From NCBI RefSeq assembly GCF_009914755.1, contig NC_060943.1: a DNA stretch of 64,000 nucleotides, one strand, 5' to 3'. A model generated the notes under the pieces. That model saw only the letters and a list, made by a program, of their open reading frames with translations. It was not told the origin of the DNA and searched no databases. This stretch comes from the human T2T-CHM13v2.0 reference genome, Homo sapiens. Shown here piece by piece: positions 1-64,000 of this stretch (position 1 is the stretch's first letter; every line of letters starts with the position of its first letter). A program made the translations under genes and the position numbers.

Positions 1-299
1 AGGCTGAGGTAGGAAGATCACTTGAGCCTGGGAGTTTCAGGCTGCAGTGAGCCATGATTGTGCCACAGGCACTCCAGCCTCAAGGACAGAACAAGACCTT
101 GTTTCTTTTCTTTTTTCTTTTTCTTTCTTTTTTCTTTTTTTGAGACAGAGTTTCCCTCTTGTTGCCCAGGCTGGAGTGCAATGGCACGATCTTGGCTCAC
201 TGCAACCTCTGCCCCTCTGCCTCCAGGGTTCAAGCGATTCTCTTGCCTCAGCCTCCCAAATAGCTGGGATTACAGGCGCCTACCACCATGCCCAGCTAA

Positions 300-449
<150 letters not shown>

Positions 450-451
450 TA

Positions 452-795
<344 letters not shown>

Positions 796-928
796 TCAGG
801 ACCTAGGGGCAAGGGCCAGGCCTTTCTCTGGGCAGAAAGGAATCCTCTACAGCACAGGAATCAGGAAGGAGCCCTGGAAAGCACCAATGTTATTACAAGA
901 CCTCACACCAGCAGCCACGTTTCTCTAA

Positions 929-1141
<213 letters not shown>

Positions 1142-1414
1142 TAATTTTTGTATTCTTTGTAGAATGGGGGTCTCATTATGTTGTCCAGGCTGGTCTCAAA
1201 CTCCTGGGTTCAAGTTATCCTCCTGTCTCGTCCTCCCAAAGTGCTGGGATTACAGACATGAGCCACCGCAGCTGGCCAAGTGTTCTTTCTCAGCCTCCCT
1301 CCCTTTATGCCTTTGTCATTCCCTCAAGCAATTTCCAGAACCTCCTGTGTGTGGGGCTCTGGGCTAAGGCTCTAGGAACGTGTAAGACCTTGCCTGTCCT
1401 CAAGGGGTTCCTCA

Positions 1415-9540
<8,126 letters not shown>

Positions 9541-9542
<2 letters not shown>

Positions 9543-9546
9543 TAAA
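9541..9546 (+). terminator. SULT2B1: SULT2B1 polyadenylation signal AATAAA overlapping the stop codon
   Basis: TCA TAA TAAA at 9537-9546. Confidence 0.85.
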
Positions 9547-9719
9547 CACGTCGATTCTGTCCAGGTTCCTTGATGCGCTGTGGCAGGGCAGGCAGCGGGG
9601 CGTGGAGAATCCTCACCACACCAAGGCTTCCAGAGGCCGGGGTCCCCGACTCAGAGTCCCACCCAGAGGCAAAGGTGCTGCAGGAACCCAGCACTGGGCA
9701 TCTCACTTCCCGGGGTGGG

Positions 9720-10065
9720 GGCCTGACTCCCCAGTCTGAGGGAGGAGGGGGCTGGGGGCCTGGACTCCTGGGTCTGAGGGAGGAGGGGCTGGGAGTCTGG
9801 ACTGCCGGGTCTGAGGGAGGAGAGGGCTGGGGGTCTGGACTCCCGGGTTTGAGGAAGGAGGGGCTGGGAGGCTGCACTCCCGGGTCTGAGGGAGGAGGGT
9901 CTGGAGGCTTGGACCCCTCAGTCTGAGGGAGGAGGGGTTGGGGGCCTGGACTCCCGGGTCTGAGGGAGTAGTATCTGGGGGCCTGGAGTCTCGAGTCTGA
10001 GGGAGGAGGAGCTGGGGGCCTGGACCCCTGGGTCTGAGGGAGGAGGGGGCTGGGTTGTGGACTCT
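9720..10065 (+). repeat. 37-bp G-rich minisatellite (MSR1-type, 19q13-enriched), about 9 units
   Basis: Unit GGGTCTGAGGGAGGAGGGGCTGGGGGCCTGGACTCCT; TCTGAG anchors at 9735, 9773, 9810, 9848, 9885, 9922, 9959, 9996, 10033. Confidence 0.9.
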
Positions 10066-10114
10066 TGGATTCAGAGCCAGTCTTTAGTAACGCACGTTTT
10101 TGGCATAAAGTGGT

Positions 10115-10120
10115 TTTATT
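10115..10120 (-). terminator. FAM83E: Candidate distal FAM83E polyadenylation signal
   Basis: TTTATT on + (AATAAA on -) about 1.1 kb past the FAM83E stop; usage inferred. Confidence 0.5.
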
Positions 10121-10444
10121 CCGAGCAGAGGTAAACGGGAGCTCCGGCAGACCCGCCCTCTCAGCGCCCACAGAAAGTCCCACCACCCACCCTGTTCCCC
10201 TGTGGCTGTACCACATTCCACTCCCTCAGTATTCAGCTCCTTGCCTCAGTTTCCCCACAGCTCCTGAACACAGTGTGCCTGGCAGCGACTCCCCATCTTC
10301 CCCTCCACAGCTCTAGCAGCTCTAGCTCGGGGCCTCACCCGGGCCCCTCATCAGGAAGGCCTGACCCTCGGGAGCTGTGTGTGTCTTCTTTAGGATCCGC
10401 TGCCTGGGGACGCTGCCAGCCCATCTTCTGGGTTGTGACACTGA

Positions 10445-10648
<204 letters not shown>

Positions 10649-10954
10649 TAGTAGAGATGGGGTTTCACCATGTTGGTCAGGTTGGTCTTGAACTCCTGAC
10701 CTCAGGTGATCCACATGCCTCAGCCTCCCAAAGTGCTGGGATTACAGGAGTGAGCCACCTCGATCAGCCTTTCTTTTTCTTTTTTCTTTTTTTTTTTTTT
10801 TTAAAGAGATGGCCTCTCACTGTGTTGCCCAGGCTGGAGTGCAAGGGCATGATCTTGGCTCACTGCTGCCTCCACCTCCTGAGCTCGAGGGATCCTCCCA
10901 CCTCAGCCTCCTGCGTAGCTGGGACCACAGGCGTGCGCCACCACACCCAACTAA

Positions 10955-23916
<12,962 letters not shown>

Positions 23917-25399
23917 TCATCTGGGGGTTCTCCTGATAGGCAGACCCTACGTGGCCATCCGAGGCCTCCGGGGGGGCCCTGCAGATGTCCAAATGGCTCC
24001 CTGCAGCAGCCCCTGCCACACTGTTCTGACAATCACGCTGCCCAAATAAGCGACCATCCAATGTGTCAGGCCACTCAGATCCGCCACCTGCCTGCACCCA
24101 GTGGCACCATGCCTGGCTGGCCTTCCGTGACCTTCCTGCCAGCCGTCTCTGCTGGTCAGGTTGACCTCCTGACACCATCCCCAACTGTGTGACCCATCAG
24201 CTGGCCATCTCTGCTCAGCCACACGACAGCCTCCAACCCACCAGTCACACAGTGCCCAGTCAGACCCTTCAGCTGTCCTGAATTTGGTCAGGCTGACCAC
24301 TTGATCATTTCCAGGTGGCAAGCTGCCTGCCTGTCTCTAATCACCCAAAGGTCCTTAAAGGCACGACAGGTTGCCTGCCTGCCCCCGGCCAAGAGCACGA
24401 CGAACTGACCCTCTCCTTCCACTGTCTGGCAAACGCCAATGGCTTCCGACTGACAGTCGCAGTATCTGCCTGTTGGAGCATCTGTCTCTGGCCAAATCTG
24501 ACAGCCCCCACGAGTTTCTCCTGCTCATCAGCTCTCACCCGCAGACCAGCCAGGATGCCTCTCCACTGGGCCTGCTCGCTCAGCCTTAAAGGCCGAAGGC
24601 TTGGCAAACCCTTCCCTACCCTGTCAATGGGGGACCCTGCTCCCTGGACCCTCCTCACACTCCTTCCAGCTGCTGCAGTGGAGGGTGAAATGCGCTACAG
24701 GGGTCTCCATTACTATGGGACAGGTCTATGATCTTCACAGCCCATCTAGGTGTGAGTGCCACCTAACCAGCCACCCTCCTCAGGCTGGCTGCCCCTGCCT
24801 GGGGCCTGGCCCTGGGACCTGTTCCAGGCCGTCCTCTGATCTGCGGGGAGCCCTACCCAAGCTGCCCCCAGCCTGGTTTCTGCCTAAATGCTATCTCCTG
24901 CCAGCTACCCGGACGCTTCTTCCCGGACAGGGGCCAGTCTCTATCTCGCCCTGTCTCCCTCCCAAGCCTCAGTTATCCCCTTGAGGCTCCTGACCCAACC
25001 TCGGGGACCCTGGACCCTTGATCCCTGCAAACCAGAAGCCCTTCATTCCAATCCCACCAACCCAGGCCGCTGCTTCCTCCAGACCACAGCAGGGAGCTGC
25101 AAAGAGAAGAAAGGAGTCAAGGCAGGCCAGCCTCCCCGCCCCACCCTCACCCATCCCCCCCATCGCCGGGGCTCACCCACACCGGCTAGTGCCGGGCTCA
25201 ATGGCCTCCCTTCCAGTGCCTGCTTTTTCCGAGAACGTAGGCTGTGGCTCCCCGGCTTCTACTTCTGCGGTGCTTCCCGGCTTCTGGCCTCACTCATCAG
25301 GCCTCGACCTGGAATCCAGGGAGCCCGGCCCCTTGTGTAAACACAGGAGGGCCCCCACAGGCCCCTGGAGGAGGTCCGGGGGTGCGGCTCACACGCTTT

Positions 25400-25610
25400 C
25401 TTTACCTGTGCTCTCCCAGGGGGTGAACGCCCCTCTAGACTCAGGCTTCCCGGTCCCCGGGGGGTTGAGATTGCCTCACCTGTTCCCAGGCAGTCTCTCC
25501 CTCCCCACAGCCCTGCCAGCCTGCACCCTGCACTTCCCGGTCCACGCCCCACCCGCCATCCCAGCACCAGGGAGGGGCACAGGATCCTTTAAGAGGGGCG
25601 GGCGTGGCTG
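25400..25610 (-). promoter_or_regulatory. FAM83E: Putative FAM83E promoter and non-coding first exon(s)
   Basis: GC box 25595-25607, TATA-like CTTAAA (- strand) 25593-25588, minus-strand donors CAG|GTGAG (exon end 25480) and CAG|GTAAA (exon end 25406), strong acceptor CTTTCTTCTCTTTGCAG ending at 25097. Confidence 0.55.
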
Positions 25611-25840
25611 ACCCAAGGAAGCCGGTGTGGGAACACCTGCCACCTGGCTGTTGGGAAGGAGGCAGGGAGCTTCCGGGGCAGTGGGGGCAGGAAGAGGGCT
25701 GGTCTTCACTGGCATGACGTCCCTGTCCCCAAACCAAATGCATTCTCACCCGCAGGAACCAATTCTCCAACCCATCCCCCAATAACACACACAGAGCACT
25801 GTCAGCAAAAATCTTTTTAATAAGAGAGTAGGATCCAGGG

Positions 25841-29627
<3,787 letters not shown>

Positions 29628-30997
29628 GATGGCGCCTCCTGCTCGGCCAGGTCCGGAAAGAGAGAACGGGCTGGGGTGGGCGGGGAAAGCCTCAAGCGAG
29701 TGGCGCCGCCGTGACGTCACATGGGTGCGACGCGGCGCTCTACCACGATCCGGACTTCTCTGTGGTGAGTTGGACGACTGACTAGCCGGGCGATAACGGC
29801 AGAGAGCATAGAGCGCAGGAACAAGCGCAACGTCCAAGAGGGAAGGGCCAGCACGTCGGGGGCCTCTCTGGCCCTACCCAGGCCGTGTTCTCGATAGCTT
29901 TCCGGAAGAAAGGGATCTGGGAGCGAGATGCGTGTAGCTAGCACGATGCGTCGCGCGGTGACGCTCTGGCCCGACGCCGACGGCCTCTCAGTGGCTCCCG
30001 GAGGACCCGGCGGGCCCAGTGTTGGAGGTGAGGAGGCGGGGCTGGCAGGGCTAGTCGGGGCATCTGGAAATTTCCGACCCCACGCTTCGGGCGTTTCCTT
30101 ATCAGGTTCACCGCTCCCTGATCTCGCGCTGCACTTCGTAGGCGCAGCCGCTGCTTGGGAAGTCCTACTTAAGGTCTAACCCGAGATGATCTTGCTGCAC
30201 CTCAATCTATAGCATCCTGTATTCCCATCCTTTGAGTTCCGCTTCTCCTTCTCCCCCGGCCCCTAGATGGCCCTTCCCTGACCTAGAAAGAGGGAGACAG
30301 AGTTTCATAGGGGAGGCAAAATGGAGACTCCGTGGCTTGGGGGTGGGGGGAATGGAGGCCCAAAGGGTAGGAAGGAGACCTAGAAAGAGGGGTGAGATGG
30401 AGACCCAGGGAGAAGTAGTGGCAAAGAAAGATGGTGAGATGGGGCCTTGCAAGGCTATAACCAAATTCAAATCCTGGCTCTGCTAGTTACTAATGGGGTG
30501 ATTGGGCAAGTCATTTAACCTCTCTGTGATCTTGGGAAAATCACTTAACTTCTTTGGGCCTTACTCTCCTTATGGACAAAAAGGGGATGACAACAGGCCT
30601 GGCACACAGGGTGTTTTTCAGGATTATGAAAGTTAATAAAACTGCTGAGGTCAATATTTTGCACATAATAAGTGCTCAATAAAAATTAGCCTTCACTCCT
30701 ATTATAGCATACATATTGTGTGCAACCAGATGGACTGGCTGGGGCAGTGATTAAAATGACTTATCTACTCTTCCCCCCACCCGCCAGGGAGGCCCCTGCC
30801 TCTTGGTTCTCAGGCACATTGAGCCTGGAAGGGCCTCCTGCAGTTGGCTGTCAATGCTGCTCCTCACTTACCTCTCCTCCACAGAGCTGAAGGTCAGGCC
30901 AGGACAGTGAGACCTGACTCCTTGCTCCTACCAGCCTACTATGGCTTAAGACCCAGGGCCAGGGTCCCGTTGATGTAACAGAGCAGAGGACCAGCAG

Positions 30998-40255
<9,258 letters not shown>

Positions 40256-41318
40256 AACTAAACAAGCTTGGTACCCGCCGGGGGCGGGGCCTACATTCCA
40301 ATGGGGCGGAGCCTGAGCTAGGGGGTGTGGCCTGGCTGCTAGAGTTGTGGTGGCAGGGGCCCTGGCCCCGTCTCAGGATTGCGCTCGCTTTCATGGGACC
40401 AGACGTGATGCTGGAAGGTGGGCGTCGTCACGGTTAAAGAGAAATGGGCTCGTCCCGAGGGTAGTGCCTGATCAATGAGGGCGGGGCCTGGCGTCTGATC
40501 TGGGGCCGCCCTTACGGGGCAGGGCTCAGTCCTGACGCTTGCCACCTGCTCCTACCCGGCCAGGATGGCTGAGGGCGGAGTCTATTTTACGCGTCGCCCA
40601 ATGACAGGACCTGGAATGTACTGGCTGGGGTAGGCCTCAGTGAGTCGGCCGGTCAGGGCCCGCAGCCTCGCCCCATCCACTCCGGTGCCTCCATTTAGCT
40701 GGCCAATCAGCCCAGGAGGGGCAGGTTCCCCGGGGCCGGCGCTAGGATTTGCACTAATGTTCCTCTCCCCGCGGGTGGGGGCGGGGAAATTCATATCCCC
40801 TGTTCGTCTCATGCGCGTCCTCCGTCCCCAATCTAAAAAGCAATTGAAAAGGTCTATGCAATAAAGGCAGTCGCTTCATTCCTCTCAGACCTTCTGCCCT
40901 TCCTCCATCCGACAGCCCGCGGGAGGACTCAGACTCCAGCACTTCCAGCAGCGCCTGCCCTCTATGGACGACAGCCCGGAGCTGCCCACGGGCTGCAGCC
41001 AGTATGCCAGGGAGCTGCCCTCTTCTTCCACAACAGCTGGCTCTGGGGTTCTCAAGATTTATTCAGGATCGTGTTAACGGAGGCGGTGGGAGGATAGGGT
41101 CCCTGACGTGCCGGGGACACACACAGAGAACCCTCCCCGCCCCCGCAAGGGAGGGGGGAGGCTCGCTTTTTCTTAAAAATATAAATGTATTTATCTGCAT
41201 TATCACGTCCCTGGGGCACCCAGCTGGCCGGCCCGTGGGCCACAGGGCAGGAAGGGAACAGGGCGTAAGTCTCAGCAAGGCGGAGGAGAGCTCCGCCAGG
41301 TGGGGATGTGGGGCAGCC

Positions 41319-47475
<6,157 letters not shown>

Positions 47476-47849
47476 CGCCTGGCACCTGCCCCCAGGCTCA
47501 CGGGTTCATGGAGAGGCGAAGGGCTGGCCTGCCAGTCACCAGCACACTCCAGTGGTTTGGACGAGTGTCTGCCCAGGGGCGGGCGAGTGTAGCCTGCAAC
47601 CCTCCAGTATCCAGAACGCTGCAAATCCTAGGAGCGACGGGGATTTGAGGTCCTCGGTGCAGAAACGTGCAACTCAAGAGGGTCCCGGGAGATCATGCAA
47701 TCTGGGCGAGGGGGTGTCCAGATCAAGCGGTCGGCTCTTTGCAACCGAGGGTGAGAGGGGACTCAAGGCGCTCCTTCTACAAGGTGGGCGAGCCTGGCTC
47801 TTGCAAAATCTGCAGCTCTCGCAACGGAAGGCGCTTTGCAATCTGCACC

Positions 47850-48440
47850 GAGAGGTGTGCGCGGAGGGGCGGAGGAGGGGGCAGGAGGAGGCGGCCGCCT
47901 TGAGGCGTGGCCAAAGCAAACTTCTTTCGCGGAAAAAAAAATCCAAACCAAAACACCCGACGCCACAGCGCGCGCCCCTCCTCCGGGTCCCCGCCCGGCG
48001 CGTCCAGCCCCGCCAGCCTCTATGGGCATGCAACCCAGCCGCGTGCCTCCCTCCGGCTGCAAACACGGACCAATCGTCTCCGACACCTTGAGACGCACAG
48101 CCAATGGGGCCTCTGGGTCCGCCAGGGCCCAGGAGGGCGCGTGAGGGGCTCAGCGCGTGAAGTTGCCTTGCCTTTCGGTGGGAGGCGGGACACTGACCTA
48201 CATTTGCCCAATGGGAGGCGGTACTGGGGGGCGGGACCGTGACCCAGTTTGGGCCAATGAGGCAGGCGGGAGGGGGAAGCACATGGCTCTGCTCGTGCTG
48301 CCTGATGGCGAGGGGGGTGATGGGGGGAAAAGGGGCGCCGCTTAAAGGGGCCGCGGTCCTAAAGATGGTTTTGAGAAGCAGGAAGCCAAAATACCGAGAG
48401 CGGAGGTTTAGAAAGAGGAAGATTGGTTTCCGGAAGAAGT
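47850..48440. promoter_or_regulatory. DBP: DBP CpG-island promoter, probably bidirectional
   Basis: CCAAT at 48070, 48101, 48208, 48254; several GC boxes; ETS TTCCGGAAG 48428-48436. Confidence 0.8.
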
Positions 48441-48599
48441 CTGTTCTTTAATACCCAAATGTTTCCCCACCGCGCCTAGAATCAGACCACTGAGAAAACA
48501 GGAAGTATTCTGTCCCTTTAATAGCTTTGTTTTAGGGGTAACTCCCCTCGCCTTGTGGGGAGGCTTAGGACGGGCGGGTGCAATCCTCGAAGGGGAGTC

Positions 48600-56115
<7,516 letters not shown>

Positions 56116-56279
56116 CCCCAGGAGGCCTCCGAGGGACCCCTGCCCAACGCCCTGCCCCCCTCTCTCAGCTCCTCTGTCCCCTCCTTCTGGGACCCTGTCC
56201 CTCCAGGACTTCCAGCTTTCCTCTCCTCCCCACAGGGAGTCCCAGTTCCCCAAATGCCAAAGCAGCCAGGGACTGAGAT

Positions 56280-57831
<1,552 letters not shown>

Positions 57832-57878
57832 TAATGGTAGTGAAACTGCTCATTGTCTTCTTTTATTTTCTTTTTTGA

Positions 57879-58028
<150 letters not shown>

Positions 58029-58580
58029 TAAAAATTATTTTTTGTAGAGATGTAGTCTTGCTATGATGCCCAGGCTGGTCCGGAACCCCTGGGCTCAAGG
58101 GATCCTCCTGCCTTGGCCTCCCAAAGTGCTGGGATTACAGGTGTGAGCCACCTTGTCCAGCCTGACACCAAACATTAACGAGACAGAGAGACATAGAAAG
58201 AGACACACATACATCAGTACAGGTGGAGAGAGACACAGAGAGGGAGAGACATAGAAACACACACACAGACTGAGCATGGTGGCTCACACCTGTAATCCCA
58301 GAACTCTGGGAGGTCAAGGTGGATGGATCACTTGAGGCCAGGAGACTGAGACCAGCCCGGCCAACATGGCCAAATGCCATCTCTACTAAATACATAAAAA
58401 CTTAGCCAGGCATGGTGGCTCACGCCTGTAATCCCAGCACTTAGGGTGGTCGAGGTGGGTGGATCACCTGAGGTCAGGAGTTCAAGACCAGCCTGACCAA
58501 AATGGTGCAACCCCGTTTCTACTAAAAAATACAAAAACTAGCTGAGCGTGGTGGCACACACCTATAATCCCGGCTACTCA

Positions 58581-58733
<153 letters not shown>

Positions 58734-59052
58734 CTAGAGACAGAGACCTGGGAACAGGCACACACACATCTATAAATAGAGACACTCGTGCAGAGAAAGA
58801 GACATCAACAGAGAGGAACAGATGGACAGAGATAGAGAGACCCAGATAGAGGGAGAGAGGACCAGAAGCAGACCAACTGACATGATGGGAGAGACTACAA
58901 AGGAATCAGAAAGACAGAGGTATTCAGAGATAGCAAATTGGGATGGACATTCAAAGACCTAGAGATGGAGAGAGACACCCAGAAAGAAACCCAGAGAGTC
59001 AGGGGTGGAGAGAGACACGAAGAAAAAACACAAGAAGGAAAGGTACATACTA

Positions 59053-59187
<135 letters not shown>

Positions 59188-59226
59188 TTATGAAAAAGAA
59201 AAAAACAGGCCGGGCACAGTGGCTCA

Positions 59227-59577
<351 letters not shown>

Positions 59578-60074
59578 TCACTTGAGGTCAGGAGTTTGAG
59601 ACCAGCCTGACCAACGTGGTGAAACCCCGTCTTTACCAAAAATACAAAAATTAGGCTGGGCGCAGTGGCTCACGCCTGTAATCCCAGCACTTTGGGAGGC
59701 CAAGGCGGGCGGATCACAAGGTCAGGATTTCGAGACTGGCCTCACCAGCATGGTGAAACCGTGTCTCTGCTAAAAATACAAAAATTAGCTGGGCATGGTG
59801 GCACACGCCGAGATTGCGCCACTGCACTCCAGCCTGGGCGACAGAGTGAGACTCTGTCTCAAAAAAAAAAAAAAAACAAAAACAAAAATTAGCCGGGTGT
59901 GGTGACGCATGCCTCTAGTCCCAGCTGCTCGGGAGGATGAGGCATGAGAATCACTTGAACTCAGGAAGTGGAGGTTGCAGTGAGCCGAGATCACACCAGT
60001 GCCCTCCAGCCTGGGCAAAGAGTGAGACTGTCTCAAAAACAACGACAAAACAAAACAAAACAACGACAAAAAAA

Positions 60075-62010
<1,936 letters not shown>

Positions 62011-63675
62011 AGCCAGCCTGGGGCTGGGGAGAAATTAAGACATGGAACCTGGCTGGGCGCGATGATTCACACCTGCAATCCCAGCACTTTGGGAGGCTGA
62101 GGCAGGCGGACTGCTTGGGCTCAGGAGTTCGAGACCAGCCTGGGCAACATGGCGAAACTCCATCTCTATTTGTATTTAGTAAAATTTAAAAAGAAAGAAA
62201 GAAAGAAAGACATGGAGTCCGACAGAGGCAGAGGCAACGAAGGAACTAGAGCTATACAGAAAGTGAAAGGCTGACTGATACTGCAAGAAGAGCAGACTCT
62301 ACCTAAAATGTAGGGCTTTCCTCCTCCAGGAAGCCTTCCCTGACCGCCCCCCCCCCCCCAGGCTGGGTCAGTGCTTGCTGTGAACATTCACAATGTCCTG
62401 TGCTACCTCCATGAGAGCATACATCTTGTTAGAAAGGGACTGTGTCCCCATGTGTTCCACCGGAGGGCCCAAGCCTGACCCGTCTCTGAGTCCCCAGCCT
62501 CACTGCACACAGAGCCTGGTGTACGGGGTCCTCAGGAGAGAACTCAGGCATTATTGAATGAAACCATGCTCATGATGTCTTTCCCTGGAGAGTCTGCCAG
62601 TTCCCATGTGCCTGGGTGACACTCGGGTTTTCTGCAGTGCCCATGGAGGGCCTTGCCTCCTCCAGGACGTCTTCCCTGAACTGCAAGACATGGCCAGGTG
62701 CCTCTTCTAGGCTCCCACAGTGCCCTGCGCTGCCTCCATTGTTGAATATCCTACCAAATCTCATTGTACCAAGGTCTCCCTCCTACCCCACCCTCCCAGA
62801 CTAGGCAAGTCCCTAGTCCGACTCAGGTCAGGGTGTCAGAATTTTCCAGGGAGACCACAGGAGAATATGTTGAATGAATAAATAAGTGAGTGAATGAAAT
62901 AAAAACACAGGGACTGTGGCACTGAGAGACAGGTGAGAAAATAATGTTTTTGTATAGGGCTTAAGAGGAAGGCTTTGGCCGGGCGTGGCTCCCGCCTGTA
63001 ATCCCAGCACTTTGGGAGGCTGAGGTGGGCAGATCACGAGCTCAAGAGATCGAGACCATCCTGGCTAACACAGTGAAACCCCGTCTCTACTAAAAATACA
63101 AAAAATTAGCCGGGCATTGTGGCGGGCGCCTGCTGTGGTCCCAGCTACTCAGGAGGCTGAGGCAGGAGAACCTGTGAGGCAGAGCTTGCAGTGAGCCGAG
63201 ATAGCGCCACTGCACTCCAGCCTGGGTGACAGAGCGAGATTTTGTCTTTAAAAAAAAAAAAAAAAAAAAAAAAAGAGGAAGGCTTCCTGGTCCTGGTGTG
63301 ATAGAACATTTGACTTTCTTTTTTTTTTTTTTTTTTTTTTTGTGAGGCAGAGTCATTCTGTCACCCAGGCTGGAGCACAGTGGTGGCAGAGTCTCATGAT
63401 CTCAGCTCACTGTAACCTCCACCTTAGGGTTCAAGCGATTCTCCTGCCTCAGTCTCCCAAGTAGCTGGGATTACAGGGGCCCACCACCACGCCCAGCTAA
63501 TCTTTGTATTTTTAGTAGAGATGGAGTTTCACCATGTTGGCCAGGCTGGTCGCTGGTCTTGAATTCCTGACCTCAGGTTATCTGCCCACCTTGGCCTCCC
63601 AAAGTGCTGGGATTACAGGTGTGAGTCACCGTGCCTGGCCAACATTTAACTTCCTGACTATCTCCATAATCCTAA

Positions 63676-63981
<306 letters not shown>

Positions 63982-64000
63982 TAAACTGTATTTACTTATT

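Noticed and set aside
24341-24658. 105-aa protein-like ORF upstream of FAM83E
   Set aside because: Starts at GTG, no family recognised; treated as leader sequence.
30969-30980. TTGATGTAAC resembling a D-box in SPHK2 exon 2
   Set aside because: Single imperfect match, expected by chance; better explained as the start-stop uORF.

Overview
Human-type, GC-rich, extremely Alu-dense genomic DNA; gene content and order match the chromosome 19q13.3 cluster. By splicing exons by hand I recovered seven protein-coding genes: the 3' four coding exons of SULT2B1 (+), complete FAM83E (-, 478 aa) with the single-exon sperm LU/GPI gene SPACA4 (+, 124 aa) nested antisense in one of its introns, RPL18 (-, 188 aa) head-to-head with SPHK2 (+, 654 aa), DBP (-, 325 aa) tail-to-tail with SPHK2, and CA11 (-, 328 aa). 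For the six complete genes the coding lengths sum to an intact ORF. The last ~6.5 kb is almost all repeats. The genes are known; the less obvious structure is non-coding: a dense cluster of RFX/X-box-like motifs in DBP intron 3, a 6 x 19-bp tandem array of DR1 nuclear-receptor elements in a SULT2B1 intron, a tailless U2 snRNA retrocopy with target-site duplication in DBP intron 2, a TGCAA cluster and two uORFs in the DBP leader, uORF/leaky-scanning architecture in SPHK2, a promoter-like SPHK2 3' UTR, 37-bp MSR1 minisatellite arrays, and a young AluYg6-type insertion inside a solo LTR. Repeat-family names and TSS positions come from pattern recognition and inference, not searches.
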